From Syntrophorhabdaceae bacterium (GTDB lineage: Bacteria; Desulfobacterota; Syntrophorhabdia; Syntrophorhabdales; Syntrophorhabdaceae), in the NCBI GenBank assembly GCA_963666485.2, contig CAXXUO010000002.1, forward strand, positions 256,001 to 320,000: 64,000 nt of DNA. The letters run 5' to 3'. The position numbers were made by a program, and so were the translations under genes. Positions 31,567-41,809 of the stretch are shown here, one piece after another. The notes under the pieces were generated by a model. That model did no database searches. It saw only the letters and a list, made by a program, of their open reading frames with translations, and had not been told where the DNA came from. The stretch's first letter is position 1. Each line of letters begins with the position of its first letter.

Positions 31567-33201
31567 TTAAATCTCGCAGATGAGGTTCCCCAGTTCTTCC
31601 GAGAATGTCGCGTAGTTCGCCGAATAATCTATGGGACATTCCACGACTGCCGGCCGGTTGAGCGCGAAGGCCTCGTTGAGAACGTGCGAGAGATCGTCCC
31701 CTTCCCGGACGGAAAAACCGGCGGCGCCGAAACTCTCCGCAAATGTGACGAAGTCCGGGTTCCCGAGATCGAGGCCGAAGTTCGTGAACCCCTTGGCCTC
31801 CTGCTCCCACTTGATGAACCCGTAGGCGTTGTCATTGAGAATGAGTACGACCACGGGAATGTTGCACCGGATGGCTGTTTCGAGTTCCTGGGCGCTCATC
31901 ATGAAGCCCCCGTCCCCCACGACGGCAAGCACTCTCCGGCGGGGATTCAACATCTTTGCCGTCATTGCCGACGGCAGACCCGCCCCCATGCTCGCGAGCG
32001 CATTGTCGACGAGGAATGTATTGGGTTTGTAGGTTTTGTAAAGACGGCAGAACCACAGCTTGTAAATGCCGTTGTCGAGAACGACGATATCCTCTTCGTC
32101 GAGAACGTCCCTGACATGCCGGACCACGTCCCGCGGCTGAAGCGGGAATCGAGCCTCGATCTGCCCTTCCAGCTTCCCGCTTAAGAAAGCCCGTACAGCG
32201 GGGTATATCTCATCGTTTCTCCGCGGCGTGATCTGCGCCTCGAGCATGCGAAGGGCCGAAGCGACATCCCCCGTCACCTCGAGGACCGGGTTGTAGTATT
32301 TATCCAGTTCAGCCCCGGAAAAGTCGATGTGGACGATCTTCTTGTCGAGGTTCCTGTTCCATACGTATGGCGGGTACTCCACGATGTTGTAGCCGATCGT
32401 GATGACGACATCCGCCCGGTCGATGCCGCAGCTCACAAAATCGCGGCGATGTATCCCCGTACTGAAAAGGCTGTATTCCGATGCGTCGGAGAGCACGCCT
32501 TTGCCCATCTGGGTATGAACTGCATAGACCCCCGTGTTCTCGACGAACGAGGCCAACTCCCCGGTGATACGGTTTCGATTGGCACCCCCGGACAGGAGAA
32601 TGAGCGGGTGGCGCGCTCCGTTAATGAATCCGGCGGCAAGGGCCACGGCCTTCGTGTCCGGGGCAGATCGCCGGGCAATGCCCGGCGGCTGTACGACCGC
32701 ACCGGTATCATCCTCAGCCACATCCTCGGGCAGTTCGATATGTACCGCACCCGGCCGCTCGGCCTCGGCAAGTTTGAAGGCGTTGCGCACGACCGTTGCG
32801 ACCGTGCCCGGATCGACGACGGAGGTGGAATCCTTGGTGATCGGCGACATGAGGCCCACGACATCGATGAGCTGAAAACGCGCCTGCCTGTTGTCCCGCA
32901 AGGCCTTCTGCCCCGTGATGGCCACGAGGGGTGCGCCGATGAGCTGTGCGTGGGCAATGCCGGTAACGAGGTTCGTCGCGCCCGGGCCTAAGGTCGAGAA
33001 ACAGACGCCTGCCTTCCCCGTCAGCCGCCCGTACGCGGCGGCCCGGAATGCTGCCGCCTGTTCGTGGCGGGTAATATGCACCTCAATCTTCGATGTGCGC
33101 AGTGACTCGAGAAAAGCGAGGTTCTCTTCACCCGGCAGACCGAAAACATGCCTCACGCCCTCTTCCTCGAGCTGCCTCACCATCAGGTCGGATGCCTTCA
33201 T
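31567..33201 (-). CDS. TPP-dependent acetolactate-synthase-like enzyme, candidate 2-oxoglutarate decarboxylase (OgdA-like)
   Basis: FGLPGEENL, RHEQ, STLGPGATNL, TPP motif GDGGFMM...LNDNAYG. Directly downstream of SSA dehydrogenase in a TCA operon. Confidence 0.85.
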   Translation of the reverse strand: MKASDLMVRQLEEEGVRHVFGLPGEENLAFLESLRTSKIEVHITRHEQAAAFRAAAYGRLTGKAGVCFSTLGPGATNLVTGIAHAQLIGAPLVAITGQKALRDNRQARFQLIDVVGLMSPITKDSTSVVDPGTVATVVRNAFKLAEAERPGAVHIELPEDVAEDDTGAVVQPPGIARRSAPDTKAVALAAGFINGARHPLILLSGGANRNRITGELASFVENTGVYAVHTQMGKGVLSDASEYSLFSTGIHRRDFVSCGIDRADVVITIGYNIVEYPPYVWNRNLDKKIVHIDFSGAELDKYYNPVLEVTGDVASALRMLEAQITPRRNDEIYPAVRAFLSGKLEGQIEARFPLQPRDVVRHVRDVLDEEDIVVLDNGIYKLWFCRLYKTYKPNTFLVDNALASMGAGLPSAMTAKMLNPRRRVLAVVGDGGFMMSAQELETAIRCNIPVVVLILNDNAYGFIKWEQEAKGFTNFGLDLGNPDFVTFAESFGAAGFSVREGDDLSHVLNEAFALNRPAVVECPIDYSANYATFSEELGNLICEI

Positions 33202-33221
33202 CTGCCCTCCCGGAATATGCA

Positions 33222-34598
33222 CTACTCAAGTACAACGACACTCTTGACGTTCACAAACTCCTTGAAGCCGTAGTGTGACAATTCCCTGCCGACACCGGAG
33301 CGCTTCACGCCGCCGAAGGGCAGCCGGGGATCTGATTTTACAAAATCATTGATCGCAACGACCCCGGCCTCGAGCTGCCCGGCAAGGCGCTCGGCCCTCA
33401 CGAGGTCCCGTGTCCATATCGACGCACCGAGCCCGTACTCGGTCGCGTTGGCGATCCGGACAGCCTCTTCCTCACTGTCGACCACGATGATCGGCGCGAT
33501 CGGCCCGAACACCTCCTCTTTCAAGACCTTCATATCTTCGGCAGGGTTCAAAACAACCGCGGGTGCGAAGAAAAAACCCTTGCTGAACGAATGTTCCCCT
33601 TGTATGACCTCGGCACCCTTTTCCCGGGCATCCTTGAGTTGTTCCTTCAGGTTATCAAGGAAATCTTTCCGGGAAAGCGGGCCAATATCTGTGGCCTCAT
33701 CCATGGGATCGCCGATCTTCAACTGCTGCATGCGTTGAACGAAGATCTTCTGGAACTCACCGGCCACTTTCCTCAAGACGATGAAGCGCTTGGCTGCAAT
33801 GCAGCTCTGGCCGGTGTTTAGCGTCCGGGCTGTCACCGCGGTCTGCGCCGCTCTTTCTATGTCCGCGTCTTCAAGGACGATGAAAGGATCGGAGCCGCCC
33901 AGTTCGAGGACGACCTTCCTGATGTTCCTTCCCGCCGCCTTACCCACCTCAGCACCTGCTCTTACACTTCCGGTCAGGGTAACGGCATCCACTTTATTTT
34001 CATCAAGGAGGGAAAGAGCCTCGGGAGGTTCTACGAACACTGCCTTGAGGACACCGGGAGGGAAGCCCGCCGTGAGGAACGCCGCCTCGATGGCACGGGC
34101 GGTGGCCGGGACGGAAGGCGCATGTTTCAGGATCACGCAGTTGCCGGCAACGATCGCGGGTATCCCGAACCGGAAGACCTGCCAGAACGGGAAGTTCCAG
34201 GGCATGATGGCCAGAACGATCCCCAGCGGGTCGAACCGTATGTAGCTCCTCTTCGCCTCGGTCTTTATCTCTTCGGGACGCAGCACGGCCGCCGCGTTCT
34301 CCGAAAGATAATCGCACAGCCACGCGCACTTCTCGATCTCACTCAGAGCCTCGCGGATAGGCTTGCCCATCTCCCGGGTGATAAGCCCCGCGTACTTCCG
34401 CTTTTCTTCACGCAGGCGGGCCGCCAGCCGCCGCACGCAGGCCACTCTTCCCTCCAGGGGTACAGTGCGCCAGGCGGTGAAAGCTGCGCGGCATCGGGCC
34501 GTCGCCTCGTCAAGCTCCGCTTTTGTCATGAGGGGGAATTCTTCAACAACGTCTTCGGTATAGGGGTTGATCGACTGCATCTTTCCCATTTTTATCAT
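33222..34598 (-). CDS. NAD(P)-dependent succinate-semialdehyde dehydrogenase (Sad/GabD1 type)
   Basis: [65 protein letters not shown] overlap with gltA. Confidence 0.88.
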   Translation of the reverse strand: MIKMGKMQSINPYTEDVVEEFPLMTKAELDEATARCRAAFTAWRTVPLEGRVACVRRLAARLREEKRKYAGLITREMGKPIREALSEIEKCAWLCDYLSENAAAVLRPEEIKTEAKRSYIRFDPLGIVLAIMPWNFPFWQVFRFGIPAIVAGNCVILKHAPSVPATARAIEAAFLTAGFPPGVLKAVFVEPPEALSLLDENKVDAVTLTGSVRAGAEVGKAAGRNIRKVVLELGGSDPFIVLEDADIERAAQTAVTARTLNTGQSCIAAKRFIVLRKVAGEFQKIFVQRMQQLKIGDPMDEATDIGPLSRKDFLDNLKEQLKDAREKGAEVIQGEHSFSKGFFFAPAVVLNPAEDMKVLKEEVFGPIAPIIVVDSEEEAVRIANATEYGLGASIWTRDLVRAERLAGQLEAGVVAINDFVKSDPRLPFGGVKRSGVGRELSHYGFKEFVNVKSVVVLE

Positions 34599-35830
34599 CC
34601 TTTCGGTGCATCTCTTTTTTCTACAGGCTCGTAGACGCATCCCGTCTTGCCGCAGTAGTGGCCGACATACTCGGATAAAGGCCGGTAGAGGGCGGGCTTT
34701 TCCTGCGCGTCGGCGAATTTCTCCTCGATGACGTGCGCCGTCCAGCCCGCGACCCGTGCGACCGCAAAGACCGCAGTCATGAGGTCGATCGGGATACCTA
34801 AGAAATGGTACACAGAGCCGCTCCAGAAATCAACATTGGGCCTGACCGTCTTCTTGCCCCGCGCGGCAAGCTCGGCGGTCGCCGCCGTCTCGATCCCGGA
34901 GAGAAGCCCGCACCAATCGTCCCCGTGAAACCTTTTCCCGAGGGTGAAGCACATGGACCGCAAAAACGGTGCGCGGGGATCGAGGGTCTTGTACACCGCG
35001 TGGCCGAGGCCCATGATCTTCTCCCCGGCTTCAAGGTGGTCCCGTATCCATCCGGGGATATCTTTCTCTGTGCGAAGCTCGAGGAGCATCTCCATGACCC
35101 GGGCGTTGGCCCCGCCGTGCAGGTCCCCTGAAAGGGCCCCCACTCCCGCGGCGATGGCAGCATACATGTGGGCCCCCGTCGAGGCGACCTCCCGGCAGGC
35201 AAACGTGGACGCATTGAATGAATGGTCGGCATGAACGAGCAGCGCGATATCGAGATCGCGGGCCATTTCGCCGTCGGGCTCTTTGCCGGTGAGCAGCCAC
35301 AGGAAGTTGGCTGCATGCGGCAGGGACCGGTTCGATGGAAGGGGTTCGGCCCCCTGGCGTATCCTGTGCCAGGCGGCCACGATCACGGGCACCCGGGATA
35401 TAAGGCGTATGGCACTGGCCATGTTCGCCTCACGCGATTCATTGCCAAGGTCCGGGTCGATCGTTGCCAGGACCGGGACGGCGGCCTGGAGCACATCCAT
35501 GGGATGGGATTCCCGGGGCAGTTTTTTCAGCACGTCGAAAATGAAGTCAGGCACCGTCCGCGCCTCGACGAGGAGCCCGGAGAACCTCAGGAGCTCATCC
35601 CTGCCGGGAAGTTCGTCATGGTGAAGCAGGTACGCCGTTTCCTCAAACGTCGACTCCCGCGCCAGTTCCTCTATCCGGTATCCCCGGTAGATGAGGGTCC
35701 CGTTCTCACCGTCTACATGGCTGATCTTTGTATCGGCCACGGTAACGCCCCGCAAGCCGATATTCTTAACCCTGACGGTTGTCCCCGTCTTTTCACCTGC
35801 AGATGATGCTGCTCCGGCGGTCTCAGTCAT
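34595..35830 (-). CDS. gltA: Citrate synthase (Si-type)
   Basis: GLRGV, HPMDVL, HADHSFNAST, LHGGAN, MGLGHAVYK, DPRA, PNVDF. Confidence 0.93.
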   Translation of the reverse strand: MTETAGAASSAGEKTGTTVRVKNIGLRGVTVADTKISHVDGENGTLIYRGYRIEELARESTFEETAYLLHHDELPGRDELLRFSGLLVEARTVPDFIFDVLKKLPRESHPMDVLQAAVPVLATIDPDLGNESREANMASAIRLISRVPVIVAAWHRIRQGAEPLPSNRSLPHAANFLWLLTGKEPDGEMARDLDIALLVHADHSFNASTFACREVASTGAHMYAAIAAGVGALSGDLHGGANARVMEMLLELRTEKDIPGWIRDHLEAGEKIMGLGHAVYKTLDPRAPFLRSMCFTLGKRFHGDDWCGLLSGIETAATAELAARGKKTVRPNVDFWSGSVYHFLGIPIDLMTAVFAVARVAGWTAHVIEEKFADAQEKPALYRPLSEYVGHYCGKTGCVYEPVEKRDAPKG

Positions 35831-37778
35831 GGCTCCCCCGGTTGTGAAGCAGTTCGTTCTTCACGAAATTCAAGGTCCCTCCCGCCAGCAGGTGCTCACG
35901 CTCACGCCTCGATACATCAAGCAGGACAATGATGGTCTTTCCCGCCGCCTCCACGGGGATCTCCGTGTCACCCAGCTCGATCCTTTCACGCACTTCGGGG
36001 AAGCTGACCTTCGTCCCTTCGGCAAGAAGTTCGTAATCCTCCGGGTCTTCCAGGACAAGCGGCAGGATGCCGAAATTACAGAGATTGGATTTGTGGATGC
36101 GCGCAAAGCTTTTCACTATCTTGGCGCACACACCCAGGTACCGGGGCGCCAGGGCTGCGTGTTCCCGGCTCGATCCCTGGCCGTAGTTCTGGCCTCCCAC
36201 CACGACAACAGTGCCCCGCGCCCTGCAGGCAGCGGCAAAGTCCGGCCGGACCTGTTCGAACACGTGCTGCGCGATCGCTTCGATGTTTGACCGAAGGGGG
36301 AGCACCTCGTTGCCGGCGGGCATGATCGTGTCGGTGGATATGTTGTCGCCCACGCGGAGGACAACCTCGGCCGCAATAAATTCGGGCAAAGGCGCGAGGT
36401 CCGGCAGGGGCTTTATGTTGGGCCCGCGTATGATAGCGGTTCCTCTCCTTTCTTCGGACGGAAAAATAAGGGAACGGTCGTCGGTGAGATATCTCTTCGG
36501 GTCGCGGATGCGCGGGTATGGCATCTCTGACGCGAGGTCGCGGGGATCGGTGATGACGCCCTTCAGGGCGGAAGCTGTCGCCGTCTCCGGCGAGCAGAGA
36601 TAGACCTGATCGTCCCGGGTGCCCGAGCGCCCGGGAAAATTTCTCGGGAAGGTCCTCAAGCTGACCTCACCCGTCCCGGGGGCCTGGCCCATCCCGATGC
36701 ACCCCAGGCAGCCGGGCTCATGAACGCGCGTACCGCCTTTAAGGAATGCCAGCATCCCGTTCTGGCTGGCCACGTTCTCGAGTACCTGGCGGCTGCCGGG
36801 ATTCACATGAAAAGAAACCGCCGGGTGTACGTGCCTGCCCTCGAGGATCTTTGCCGCGACCATCAGGTCCCGGTAGGAGGAATTGACGCTGCTGCCCACG
36901 ATCGCCTGGTCCACTTTTATACCGGCCACCTCGCGCACGGGGACGACGTTGCCGGGTGACACGGGTTTCGCGATAAGCGGCTCGACGGAACTGAGGTCAA
37001 GGGTCATCTCTTCGTCGTACCCTGCGCCCTCATCGGCTGAAAGCTCGTGCCATGATCCGCCGCGGCCCTGTGCTTCGAGGTATGCCCGTGTCCTTGCATC
37101 GGAGGGGAAAACGCTGCTCGTGGCGCCAAGCTCGGCCCCCATGTTGCCTATGGTCTCCCGGTCCGTAGCCGAGAGTGTTGCCACGCCCGGGCCGTAATAT
37201 TCCACGATCTTGCCCACGCAGCCCTTGACACCGAGGCGGCGCAGCATCTCGAGGATGACGTCCTTGGCGCTTACCCAGTCGGGAAGGCTCCCGTCGAGCT
37301 TGACACCCAGCACGCGCGGACAGGGAAGATAATACGGAAAGCCGGCCATGGCGAGGGCCACGTCGAGCCCCCCCGCCCCGATGCCGATCATGGAGACGCC
37401 GGCAGCCCCCGGCGTATGACTGTCCGCACCGAGCAGGGTCTTGCCGGGCGCCCCGAAACGCTCCATGTGGACCTGGTGGGACACGCCGTTGCCCGCCCCG
37501 CTGAAATGAATACCGTAGCGAGCGCAGGCGGTTTGCAGGAACTTGTGGTCGTCGGCGTTCTTGAAGTCCGTGTGCAGGATATTGTGGTCCACGTACTGGA
37601 CCGCCAGTTCCGTCTTGACTGTGTCAAGCCCCAGGGCCTCGAATTCGAGCATGGCAAGGGTCCCCGTGGCATCCTGGAGCAGGGCGTGGTCGATCCTGAT
37701 ACCGATCTCTGCGCCCGGTGCGAGTTTGCCTTCGATGAGATGATCACCGAGTATCTTCTGGACAAGGTTTCGTTTCAT
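35823..37778 (-). CDS. Aconitate hydratase (about 650-aa single-chain type)
   Basis: QDATG, YVDHN, HQVHMERF, GADSHT, CLGCIGMGQ, RTFPRNFPGRSG, NYGQGSSREHAA. Confidence 0.9.
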   Translation of the reverse strand: MKRNLVQKILGDHLIEGKLAPGAEIGIRIDHALLQDATGTLAMLEFEALGLDTVKTELAVQYVDHNILHTDFKNADDHKFLQTACARYGIHFSGAGNGVSHQVHMERFGAPGKTLLGADSHTPGAAGVSMIGIGAGGLDVALAMAGFPYYLPCPRVLGVKLDGSLPDWVSAKDVILEMLRRLGVKGCVGKIVEYYGPGVATLSATDRETIGNMGAELGATSSVFPSDARTRAYLEAQGRGGSWHELSADEGAGYDEEMTLDLSSVEPLIAKPVSPGNVVPVREVAGIKVDQAIVGSSVNSSYRDLMVAAKILEGRHVHPAVSFHVNPGSRQVLENVASQNGMLAFLKGGTRVHEPGCLGCIGMGQAPGTGEVSLRTFPRNFPGRSGTRDDQVYLCSPETATASALKGVITDPRDLASEMPYPRIRDPKRYLTDDRSLIFPSEERRGTAIIRGPNIKPLPDLAPLPEFIAAEVVLRVGDNISTDTIMPAGNEVLPLRSNIEAIAQHVFEQVRPDFAAACRARGTVVVVGGQNYGQGSSREHAALAPRYLGVCAKIVKSFARIHKSNLCNFGILPLVLEDPEDYELLAEGTKVSFPEVRERIELGDTEIPVEAAGKTIIVLLDVSRREREHLLAGGTLNFVKNELLHNRGSHD

Positions 37779-37796
37779 AGCGTCACCGGATATGCA

Positions 37797-38831
37797 TTAC
37801 GTGAAGACACGCCTGTCTATCTCGGACAGGGAGTTGCAGCCCGTCATGATCATCGCTTTCCTTAAATCCTGGGAAAGGAACCGGGCTTCGGCGACGACAC
37901 CGTCCGCCCCGCCTCCTATGGCGGCCCGGATGAATTCCCGGCCCACGCCCACGAAGTCGGCCCCCAGGGCAAGCATTTTCAATACGTCGAAGCCGGTACG
38001 GACACCTCCGTCCGCGCCAATGACCACCTTGCCTTTCAAAATAGGTACCAGCCGCGGCAGGACCTCGGCGATCCCCGGCATGGAATCGAGGATGCGGCCG
38101 CCGTGGTTCGAAACGACGACCATTGTGCAGCCGGTCTCCAGCGTTGCCGCCGCGTCCTCTTCACTTGTGATCCCCTTGAGTATGAAGGGAAGCGATGTGG
38201 CGTGAACCAGTTCTTTCAGTTCAGCTATTGACTTCCGGAAAACGGGCTGGCCTTTCAGGGCCATCACAACGGAGCCTGCACCATCGAGATCGACCCCCAC
38301 GGCAGCCGCCCCGGCTTCTTCGGCCTCCTTGATGACGCGAAGCAGGACAGCTTGCTCACGCGGCTTGAAGATCTGCACGCCCCACCCGCCGGCTTCCCGT
38401 ATCGCCTGCAGCCCGGGCCGGCCCTCAAAAGTTTCGGCGGTATCACCGGCAAATGAGATGGTCCCCGCCGCCTTGCACCCTCCGATCACCGCCCGAAAGA
38501 AGTCGGCTTCACTGATCGCGCCCCCCATGCTGATGTTGACCCCGCTCATGGAGGAACAGTAGATCGGGGCGTTGATCTCGTGCCCGAAAAAAGAAATTTT
38601 CATTTGCGGTTCGGCATGCCCTGAGATCAGGCGGGACTTCAACCGAAGGCGGTCCAGCGCTTCGACATTCGCCGCGAAGGTGAGACCTTTCCCGATCCCT
38701 CCCATCCCCAGGGGCTTGCCATACTTGATGCCCTGGCAGAGCCGGTCCGGCCGGCCGTCACACACCTTGTAAACCGCGCAGTATCCCTTCATCAGTTCCC
38801 GTGCTTTATTCCGGGCATCCGTCAGATCCAT
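37797..38831 (-). CDS. FMN-dependent alpha-hydroxy-acid dehydrogenase with N-terminal Cys motif
   Basis: PFILKGI, VVSNHGGRILD, DGGVRTGFDVLKMLALGA; N-terminal CAVYKVCDG...C. RBS GGAGGT before ATG 38831. Confidence 0.88.
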   Translation of the reverse strand: MDLTDARNKARELMKGYCAVYKVCDGRPDRLCQGIKYGKPLGMGGIGKGLTFAANVEALDRLRLKSRLISGHAEPQMKISFFGHEINAPIYCSSMSGVNISMGGAISEADFFRAVIGGCKAAGTISFAGDTAETFEGRPGLQAIREAGGWGVQIFKPREQAVLLRVIKEAEEAGAAAVGVDLDGAGSVVMALKGQPVFRKSIAELKELVHATSLPFILKGITSEEDAAATLETGCTMVVVSNHGGRILDSMPGIAEVLPRLVPILKGKVVIGADGGVRTGFDVLKMLALGADFVGVGREFIRAAIGGGADGVVAEARFLSQDLRKAMIMTGCNSLSEIDRRVFT

Positions 38832-38930
38832 GAGAACCTCCCGAAGTCGCTCGTGCACACGTGCGCCTTCATACGTTCGTACTAAAGTGAACGTAATGCG
38901 TGAGGGCACTGCCGTCAAATTCTTATCGGC

Positions 38931-40232
38931 TTAAGGGAATATCCCGCGAAGCCTCGTGGCCTCTGCGATGCGCCCGATGCTGAGGATGGTTGCCGCCGTC
39001 CGCATGTCCGTGTTGTATCTTTTGGCCAATACTCTGACCTCGCCGAAGGCCCTCAAGAGTATTCTCCTCAGCCGCTGATAGACCTCGTCCGCACTCCAGA
39101 GCAGTTCCTGCAGGTTCTGGACCCACTCGAAATAGGAAACGACGATCCCGCCCGCGTTCGCCAGGATGTCGGGGACGAGAAAGATGTCCCTCTGCCTGAG
39201 TATATCGTCGGCCGCCGGGGTCGTCGGCCCGTTGGCGCCCTCGATGACCATACGGCACCGCAGTTCGGCCGCGTTCTTTTCCGTTATCTGGTTCTCTATT
39301 GCGGCGGGCACCAGGATATCGCATTCCGTCCGAAGGAGTTCTTCATTGCTTATCTCGTCCCCGTCGATCCCGCCCTGCGTGAAACAGCTGCCGTCCGCCT
39401 TGCACGCAAGGGCCTTGGCGACGTTAAGGCCGCGGGGATTATAGATCCCCCCGTTGATATCGGAAATGGCAACCACTCTGGCCCCGGCCCGCATGAAGAG
39501 CCGGGCGGCCGTTCCCCCGACGTTCCCTGCCCCCTGTATCGCCACGGTTGCATCTTTGAGCGCCAGGCCTTTAAGCCGTGCCGCCCTCTCGGCGACGATC
39601 AAAAGGCCCCGGGCGGTCGCTTCCAATCTTCCCCGGGACCCGCCAAGCTCGAGCGGTTTTCCCGTCACGATACCCGGCACCGGGTGGCCGGTCCTTATAC
39701 TGAACGTGTCCATGACCCATGCCATGACCTGGGGGTTTGTTGCAAGGTCGGGGGCAAGTATGTCCGTCTCGGGACCGATGAACGGCGATATCTCCCAGGT
39801 AAAACGGCGCGTCATATTCTCGAGTTCCCGGAGCGACATGGTGCCAGGATCGCATTTCACCCCGCCTTTCGCGCCGCCGAAAGGAACGTTGACGACCGTC
39901 GCCTTCCACGTCATCAGCATGGCGAGGGCCTTCATCTCGTCAAGGTTTATCCCGGGATGGAACCGCAAGCCCCCCTTGAAGGGGCCCCTCGTGTCGTTGT
40001 GCTGCACGCGGTATCCCTCGAAGACGCGGATGCCTCCATCGTCCATCCTGACCGGGAAGTGGACAACGATCTCCCGTTTTGTCTGCTTGATCTTTTCGAG
40101 GATGCCGGGGTCTACGTGAGGCAGGTACCGGGCAGCGGTCTCCACCTGCCGTACGGCCATCTGCGCGAGATTTACCTTTCCGTCGTTCGCGGTCCCCGAT
40201 CTTCTTGCTGATGGTTTCTCTGACAGGGCCAA
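38931..40232 (-). CDS. gdhA: Glutamate dehydrogenase (Glu/Leu/Phe/Val family)
   Basis: GYRVQHN, GPFKGGLRFH, PFGGAKGG, VTGKP, QGAGNVG, EGANGP, ANAGGIVVSYFEW. Confidence 0.92.
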   Translation of the reverse strand: MALSEKPSARRSGTANDGKVNLAQMAVRQVETAARYLPHVDPGILEKIKQTKREIVVHFPVRMDDGGIRVFEGYRVQHNDTRGPFKGGLRFHPGINLDEMKALAMLMTWKATVVNVPFGGAKGGVKCDPGTMSLRELENMTRRFTWEISPFIGPETDILAPDLATNPQVMAWVMDTFSIRTGHPVPGIVTGKPLELGGSRGRLEATARGLLIVAERAARLKGLALKDATVAIQGAGNVGGTAARLFMRAGARVVAISDINGGIYNPRGLNVAKALACKADGSCFTQGGIDGDEISNEELLRTECDILVPAAIENQITEKNAAELRCRMVIEGANGPTTPAADDILRQRDIFLVPDILANAGGIVVSYFEWVQNLQELLWSADEVYQRLRRILLRAFGEVRVLAKRYNTDMRTAATILSIGRIAEATRLRGIFP

Positions 40233-40290
40233 AGGACCTCCGGTGATTTACTTCATCTGGCCGCCCATCTTTACACTCTCAGTTCTGAAC

Positions 40291-41535
40291 CTAATATAAG
40301 GCCCGCGTGAAAACCTGCAAGACAGGAGGGTCCTGGCGGGCGCACCCGGCCCGGTAGACGTAGTCGCGCGTCATGGGCAGGGAATTGTTCAATCCGTTGG
40401 AGAACAGTACCTGGTAGAGCCTGATGTCGCCCCAGCGAAAGGATGCGGCGCTGCCGTTCAGGTACATGCGCCACATGCGTACGAACCTCGCATCGAACAT
40501 TCTTTCGATCTCCCTTCTATTCGTCTCGAATCGTGCCGCCCATTCGTCGAGGGTCCTGGCATAGTGGAGGCGAAGGTTCTCGATATCGAGGGGCACGAGC
40601 CCCTTTTTCCCCATGCTGTCGATCACGCGGCCAAGGGGCGGGATATAACCTCCCGGGAAAATATATTTCATCGTCCACGGGTCGCCGGGGCTGTTGTGCT
40701 CTTTGCCGATCGTATGAAGAAGGCCGAGGCCGCCCGGCTTTAACATACTCTTTGCCTTTTCCATGAACAGGGGAATGTAACGTTTCCCCACATGTTCAAA
40801 CATGCCGATGGAAACAAACTTGTCGAACCGGCCGCGGATCTTCCTGTAATCTTCGCGCAGGATGGTGATCTCCTTTTCCAGGCCCTCATCTTTCACCCGC
40901 CGGCTCGCATACTCCTCCTGGTAGCGCGAAAGCGTGCACCCTACCCCGCGGACGCCATAATGGCGTGCGGCATAGAGAAGCATTCCGCCCCAGCCGCAGC
41001 CGACGTCTACGATCGTATCTCCCGCGCGAAGGCACAGCTTTCTGCATATATGTTCGTACTTGTGCCGCTGCGCCTCGTCAAGGGTGTCTTCATCCCTCAT
41101 GAAATAGGCACACGAATACGTCATGCTCTCGTCAAGGTAGAGCCTGTAAAAATCATTGCCGAGATCATAATGATGGGCAATGTGCCCGGGCGCCCTCCTG
41201 AGCGTGTTGAGGGAGGCAATGTATTGAAAGGCTGCGGCCGCTATGGTCTTCGCCGAAAGATTGAAGCCGTGAGAATCCAGACGGATCCCGAGGCGCAGAA
41301 GCTGCTGGAGGTCGCCGTCCACGTCGATAGTGCCGGCGGCATATTCCTCCCTGAACCCCATGGACCCTCGTGACAGGATGACCCTTACCGCCTCCTCGTT
41401 ATTAACTTTAAGGGCAAAGGCAGGCGCGGCGGTGCCGTATCTCTTTGTCTCCCCGTCCCAGAATTCAACGTCGAACGCGGCGTCGGGAAATGCAACGCTC
41501 GCACTTCCCAGCAACTCCTGAAATGTCTTCTTCAT
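40291..41535 (-). CDS. cfa: Cyclopropane-fatty-acyl-phospholipid synthase
   Basis: HYDLGNDFY, MTYSCAYF, DVGCGWGG, SIGMFEHVG, KYIFPGG, RMWRMYL. Confidence 0.92.
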   Translation of the reverse strand: MKKTFQELLGSASVAFPDAAFDVEFWDGETKRYGTAAPAFALKVNNEEAVRVILSRGSMGFREEYAAGTIDVDGDLQQLLRLGIRLDSHGFNLSAKTIAAAAFQYIASLNTLRRAPGHIAHHYDLGNDFYRLYLDESMTYSCAYFMRDEDTLDEAQRHKYEHICRKLCLRAGDTIVDVGCGWGGMLLYAARHYGVRGVGCTLSRYQEEYASRRVKDEGLEKEITILREDYRKIRGRFDKFVSIGMFEHVGKRYIPLFMEKAKSMLKPGGLGLLHTIGKEHNSPGDPWTMKYIFPGGYIPPLGRVIDSMGKKGLVPLDIENLRLHYARTLDEWAARFETNRREIERMFDARFVRMWRMYLNGSAASFRWGDIRLYQVLFSNGLNNSLPMTRDYVYRAGCARQDPPVLQVFTRALY

Positions 41536-41752
41536 GTGCGTCTCCGTAAATAACATCTCACTCCATGGTCCGCTTCCGGGGTCCCGGCAAAATTGCAAAA
41601 TCCCCTATTTGATATAATAATCATGGAAGGACAAAATGCCGCGAATACTCCGTATCGCGGTGCGATATCAAAAAGATCCACCGGCAACTCGACCGAATGT
41701 AAAATGCCTCGCATAAGACGATTGACAACATTCCACAATTCCTATATTTTAT

Positions 41753-41780
41753 AGCGATATATATTACTGAATATAACGCA
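41753..41780 (+). promoter_or_regulatory. ModE-type operator upstream of modA
   Basis: AGCGATATATA-TTACTG-AATATAACGCA matches the ModE consensus ATCGNTATATA-N6-TATATANCGAT. TTGACA lies at 41722. Confidence 0.7.
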
Positions 41781-41809
41781 CGGATTATCTGATCCAAGGA
41801 GGCCCGGCA

